Of a stretch of 64,000 bases of DNA, positions 57,900 to 64,000 are shown piece by piece. A model generated the notes under the pieces. The model did not search any database, was not told the DNA's origin, and saw only the letters and a list, made by a program, of their open reading frames with translations. Both the position numbers and the translations under genes were made by a program. Each line of letters begins with the position of its first letter. Within the stretch, counting starts at the first letter, position 1. The stretch is from assembly GCF_009914755.1 (NCBI RefSeq), contig NC_060926.1. One strand, 5' to 3'. This stretch comes from the human T2T-CHM13v2.0 reference genome, Homo sapiens.

Positions 57900-60800
57900 A
57901 AAAAGAAAAAAAAGCAAACTGAAAAATGTTGAAAAGGATCAGTGCAACAGTTCACAAAATGATTCATTTTTTTTTCATATAATAAGGTAAAACTAATCTG
58001 GATAGGTACCAAAGAGGACAGAATATCCAAATGAGAATGTAAGTTGCCATAATAAATGCAAAAGGATGACAAAATAGAAGAGAAGATCAGAAAGAGAGAG
58101 AGAGAAACAGACAGAGAGAGAGAAGATATACAAGGGATTTGAGAAATAATTTTTAAGAGAACAAATTGAAGAGAAAAAGTCTACATTAAATAACCTGTTG
58201 AAAAGTAAAGTGACACAGAAGAAAACTTTTTAAATGATTGCCTGAATGAGGAAGAATCAGTAAACAAAGACAGAAAATATTGAACAACTGGAAGACAGAT
58301 AAAGAGGAAGGTATATGAAAGCCAAATATGGAAAAAGATGGTAGTGAAAAAGAGATAAAGGAGGTAAAACAAAAAAAAATCAGATGGAAATTAGAAATGT
58401 CCCTGAGATGGAAAAATTCAATATATAGATTAAAATGGCTCATCACATTCCAAACAATATCAATCCAACAGTTTGACTCATCCTGACCAAATACAAGAGT
58501 ACTATAAAGTAAGATTCCACAACATCCAGGAAATAAATTAAGTCCTATCACGTAGTAATACGATGGGGCAACACTGAGAGAAGTTTAAAAGAAAAAAATT
58601 CTTCATCAATCCACAAAATACTAAAGAAAAATATAAAAATAAGAAATAGTATTAAAAAGAATATTAAAATTATATGATAATATATTAACGACATTATACC
58701 TATAAATAACCAGAATATATTTTTGAAGAAGAGGGAAAGAGTAAAGGAATAAGAGTCCTTTTCTCAGGCAGTGGGAATGAAATTATTTATCTTTCTTCAT
58801 TTTTCACTCTTTTAAATGTGGGAGACATCAGAAATTTTATTTAAAAACCTTTAAAAACTATAAAAGGCACATTTTTGAAGAACATAAAGCAAGACATAGA
58901 CTTTCTGAAATGGTAATAAAGATGAGGCAAGGCTATACAGGTGATATGCAAAAACGTAGAACAAAGGAAACGAAAGCAATGTCTAAAAATAGAAAATATA
59001 AAATCATATTATAAAACATAATATATCACTGAATTACAAGAATGATTTCAAGTGGTTCTTAGGATAAAATTTAATTGAATTATATGTAAATATATTTTAT
59101 GAGCTATCCCTTAAATCAAAAGAAAGTGACCCACATTTTTTAAAATATACATAATATTAAAAAGTATGCAAAGAATATTAGAAAATTTTTTAAGTCAAGT
59201 TCACAAAATTAAAATGTTATAGAATTTATCCAGAAAGCATTTTATGTACAAAATATATCAATATATGTTTTGTTTTGTTTCTCTTTTAGAGATAGGGTCT
59301 TGCTCGTCACTCGGGCTGGAGTGCCGTGGCACGAACATAGCTGACTGTCACCTCGAACTCCTGAGCTCAAGGAATCCTTTTGCTTTAGCCTCTAGAGTAT
59401 CTGGACTACAAGCACATGCCATCACGCCTGGCTAATCTTTTAATTTTGTGTGGAGATGGGGTCTTGCTATATTGCTGAGGCTGGACTTGAACTCCTGGCC
59501 TCAAGAGAAGCTCCTGTCTTAGCCTCTCAAAGTTCTGGAGTTACAAGTGTGAGCCACTGCACCTAGCTTCACTATACATTTCTAATTGGTGCTATTTCCA
59601 AGAGACACACAAATTCCTGCAACTTTATATATGAAATAATAGGGGTAACAACGCATATATAAAAACCTATTCATACTAAAAAAGAAAGGGATCAAGATGT
59701 AAAGATCCATTATGAAATTAAGAATCAAGGTATAAGGATACTTTATGAAATCAATGCACAGCTCTCAGTTTTGAGAGATCAATAAGCAAAAGGCAAGACA
59801 AACATTATACAATGTGAATATTATCATTAGGATAGTTAATGTATTGAAAATTGTCCCCTAGATATAAATAATATATTTTAATGCCCAAATCTCATGTTAC
59901 TAACACTTTATCCACTGGTCAACCTAGGAAAATCTCAATTTGTCTCACAAGGTAAAAATGAATTAACGTAATAAAATTAGAAATTAATTAGAATGTTTTT
60001 TAGAAGTCTTATAAATCAATACATACAGCCAAAAAATAACCTCATAGTAATAAATAAATCTAAGGCCAAAATAGAAAACAAAGGCACAAATAAAATCTAT
60101 TTAGAAATTATCAGTGATCCGAAACATACTCGCCAAAATTCATGGCATGTACTTAACACTGTACTCTGAAATAAAGTCATAGTGTTAAATACGTTCATTA
60201 TGCAACAAGAAAGGAAATTTTAAAAACTAAAATTTGCTCTTAGTAATATAAATGACATAAGAATATATATTTAGGGAAGGATACAAATTAATAAATGTCA
60301 AACAGGGAAAATGAATCGGTAATAAGAAATCAGGAGACGAAGCATTATATTCAATAATGATTTCTGATAGTCATTTTTAAAACAATGATATATATATTCA
60401 AACTTCTGGAAAGTAAAACCCAGAAAGCAGACTAGACATCAGTGTTTAAGAAAGGCATTGAGTCCACAGAAAAAGAAGTGATTTATAAAACTGTAAATAG
60501 AAAGACTGTCATTTTATTTTACTTTCTAATTCAAAATTTATTTATATTACTCTGCAAATATAGTTGAGAATCTCTTAAAAGTTGATCAATTTCATTAAAA
60601 AATAGATATTTCAATACAGCTTCATGGAGAGAAGATATAATATTTTGACTCATGTCTGTAGAAGTTATAAAGAAGTGAGTTTAGAAATATATCTTTCCCC
60701 CAAAAGTTGCAGGACCCAAAGAATTGTAAGGATGACATCAACGAAATATCCATTTTTATAAGGATGACATCAATGAAATAAGTATCCATTTTTATACACT

Positions 60801-61290
60801 TTATAGCAGGCCACAGAAATTATGAAAAGTTTTACAATTCATATGAAAAGCTTGTGTAATTCTGATAATAAAAATGGCAAAGAAAAAAATACTGGCTTTC
60901 TTTACAGACATTGACACAAAATACTTAATATTTAATAGGCAATTTACTTCAGCCATATCGTACCACGCTTTACCATGAAATTGAAATAGAATTTCTAGTA
61001 GCAAAGCAAGGATAGTTAAAATTAGGAAACCTTATAAATTGACTTTTTGAATTAGTTAATAGAAATCTCCATTGATATTGCATAGTTATGTGATAAAATT
61101 TATATTTATTATAAACATCACAAACTGGGAGAAATAGAGTATTTTCTTAATATGTTAAAGGTTTTACAGCGAAAATCAATTGCTGTTCTTGTATATAATA
61201 ATGAACTGCAGAAGATATGCCAAGTTTTTACTTATGAGGCTAGAAATGTAAAAGAGCAAAAAGAAACTAAATTTAAAAATGAAAAGACAC
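57900..61290 (+). mobile_element. Highly decayed old L1M (ORF1/ORF2 relics), interrupted by AluJ
   Basis: Strongly A-rich. L1-like motifs include atatagattaaaatggctcatcacattcc, catactcgccaaaattcatggcatgtacttaacactgtactctga and aaaatcaattgctgttcttgtatataataatgaac. Confidence 0.6.
59268..59567 (-). mobile_element. AluJ
   Basis: gagatagggtcttgctc...catagctgactg...cctgagctcaagg...gatggggtcttgctatattgc. Confidence 0.88.
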
Positions 61291-61619
61291 AGTGCTATTA
61301 ACAACTTCATCTGTTTGTTTTTGGTTTTGACCTTCAGGCAATCCACTCCCTAGCTCTCTGTTACCAACTCATTGTGATGTTGTGCATTGCTGTCGGTGGT
61401 TCTTCTCCACGATGGTGGATAATGGGTAATGAGTTGTGCTAGTGGTCCCTCAATCCAGTTCCCCAACATTTAGATACTTCTCCTAGGCATTCCAGAGGCT
61501 GAGACCTATAGATCAGCAGTGGATTAAGAGAGTCTGCCTCTTCCATTCTTGCTTCTACCACTCTGAAAAATCCCCAGATCTATGTACTGCTTTTCCCATT
61601 TTTTTTTTATTCTTCATGG

Positions 61620-64000
61620 TTTAAAGACTCAGATTGTATTTTAATAGATTTATGGAATTATAATTGATGTAGAATATACTACGCATTTTAAACAATATAT
61701 AATTTAATAGTTTTTGAGATGTGGTACTGATAAAGCCATTAACACACTCGAAATCGAGAATGTTTTCACCACTCACAAGTTTCGTTGTTCCCCTCTTCAG
61801 TCCTCCTGCATCAATCTCCTTCATCTCCAGGAAACAACTAAACTTCTATCACAATAAATGACTTTGCAATCCCTAGAATTTTATTTAAAAATATTCATGG
61901 AATCATACAGAAAATACTCTGTTTTGATTTGCCTTCTTTCCCTCAACGTAAATACTTTGAGATTCATCTATGTTGTGATATCAACAGTGTGTTTCTTTTT
62001 ATTGCTGAATAGTATCCCATTATATGGATACACTACAATTTGTTTATCCATTAATCTGTTGATGGAGATTTGGATTGTTTCCAGTAGTTGGATATTGCAA
62101 ATAATGTCACTATGTTCTTTCATGCACAAGTCTTTGTATGGGCATATGCTTTTATGTCCCTTGGTTACCTAAAAATCAAAGGGCTAAGTACCTGGTTAGG
62201 TTCATGTTTAACTTTAATCAACTGCCAAATGGCTTTCCAAAATGATTTTTACAATTTTACATCCCTACTAGCAATATATGAAAGTTCTAGTTACTCTGCA
62301 TCTTTGCCAATACTTGATCTGTCATTTTTATTTTAGCTATTTCTCTCAGTCCATGGCTTATATTTTTATTTCCTTCACAGTGCCTTTCAAAGAGCAGAAG
62401 TTTTAACTTTAAGTCCAGTTTATCGCTTTGTTGTTTTATGCCGCAAACTTCTGTTGTCATATATAATAAATACTTGCCTAACGTAAGGTCACCATTAATT
62501 TTTCCTACGTTTTATTCTAGAATTTTTATGGTTTCACATTTGCATTTAGGTCTATGATCCATGAAATCAAATTGGTATGAGGCATGAGGTTGAGTGATTT
62601 TTGCTTGATTTTGGCATACGGATGGCAAACATCATTTGTTGAAAAGACTAAGCTTTCTCCCCTGAACTGCCTTTGCACTTTTGTCAAAGATCAGTTGTCC
62701 ATATATGTGTGGGTTATTTTTGGATTCTCTGTTTCATTGATCTGCTTGTCTGTCTTAATGTCAATTCCACATTGTTTTACATACCAATGTTTTGTAAGTC
62801 TTGAAATAAGATAGTGCTGACACTCCAGCTTTGTTCTTCCTTTACACAATTGTTTTGGTTATTATAGGTCTTTTGCATTTCTGTATGAATTTTAATATTT
62901 GAAAATGTGTCAATTTCTACCAAAAAGGAGGCTGCTTAGACTTTGGTTAAGGTCATGTTGAATCTATAAATCAGTCTGGAGATAAGTGACATCTCAAGAA
63001 TACTGCTTCCAATCCACCTCACCCATTACTTACATCTTCCTTATATCAGCAATATTTGTGGTTTTCAGAGTACAGGTTTTGGCTATTTCTGTCAGATTTA
63101 TCCCTAAGTACTTCATATTTTTATACTATGAATGGAATGTTTTTATGTATTTTTGATTGCTATTAATATAGATATGTAGTTGATTTTTGTGTAATATTCT
63201 TGTACTCTATAAACTTGCTAAACTCACATATTTTAGTAGCTTTCTTAACAGATTCAGTTACATTTTCCACATAGATGGCTTTACCACAGATTGTTTTACA
63301 TTTTTCTCTAATCTCTATGCCTTTTATTTCTTTTTCTTGAATTATTGCACTTGCTAGAACCATTGTATAATGTCATATAGGGTGGTGAGAATAGATACTT
63401 TTGTCTTGCTCCTGATCTTAGGGTGAAAACATTCTTTTGTCTTCATTGTGTATGATGTTAGTAATCACCTTTTCACAGAAGGTTTTCTTAGCAGGTTGAA
63501 GAAGTTCCCTGCTATTCCTATTTTGCTGAATTATTATTAGAATTGTATGTTAAATTTTCTCAAACGCTTTGTCTGCTTGTACTGAGATGATTTTATGTTA
63601 ATTATATAATGAGTTACATTGACTAATATTTGTATGCTATACTGACCTAGCATTCCTGGTATGCAGTTGATTTGGTAATGATTTTGGGGTATGACTGATA
63701 AAATGTGTATAGAATTGTACACAAATGTTTACAAAGTGTACTTGCCTGTAGTATTGTTTCTTGTATTTTGTCTGCTTTTGCATCATTATAATGATGTAGT
63801 GATGGCCTTCTTGAATGAGTTGGAACGTGTTTCCTCCTCTTCAATTCTTTTTTCAAGCCTCTTCAACTTATATAGAATTTGCATTATTTCTTTATTCAAT
63901 GTTTGGTAGAATTAACTAGTGTTGCCACCTACACCTAGATTTTTATGTGTGGGTAAGCTTGTAAGTACACACTTAATTTTTAAAATAGACATAGGGATCT
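61620..64000 (-). mobile_element. Old L1M (MB/MC/ME-type): 3' UTR plus decayed ORF2 reverse-transcriptase region, running off the window end
   Basis: ORF 63163-63363 VLASAIIQEKEIKGIEI...EFSKFIEYKNITQKSTTYLY parallels L1 ORF2p VLARAIRQEKEIKGIQL...FSKVSGYKINVQKSQAFLY. ORF 63537-63722 HYQINCIPGMLG parallels HHDQVGFIPGMQG. The catalytic FADD motif is lost and frames are broken. Confidence 0.9.

Overview
This is primate (human-like) AT-rich, CpG-depleted non-coding genomic DNA, either deep intronic or intergenic. It is not a prokaryotic or phage region. I recognise no protein-coding gene, RNA gene, CpG island or CRISPR array. The listed ORFs are explained by Alu, LTR, LINE or microsatellite sequence, or by chance. 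The window holds 12 Alus, a full-length solo MER52-type LTR, an LTR33-like element, old L1M/L2/MIR fragments (one with readable L1 ORF2 reverse-transcriptase relics), several DNA-transposon fossils and many microsatellites. Repeat-family names come from recall of consensus sequences, not from a database search, and the boundaries of old repeats are approximate. I found no evidence for a new biological system. The observations most worth checking are: (1) a ~170-bp L1PA insertion with a perfect 23-bp fold-back hairpin and a probable micro 3' transduction; (2) 10 of the 12 Alus sitting in close inverted pairs; (3) an old ~130-bp dispersed duplication fused to half a MER20; (4) a perfect 29-bp duplication inside the MER52 LTR; (5) an overlapping NF-kB/STAT motif cluster; (6) several candidate exons, mostly minus-strand, in unique sequence.
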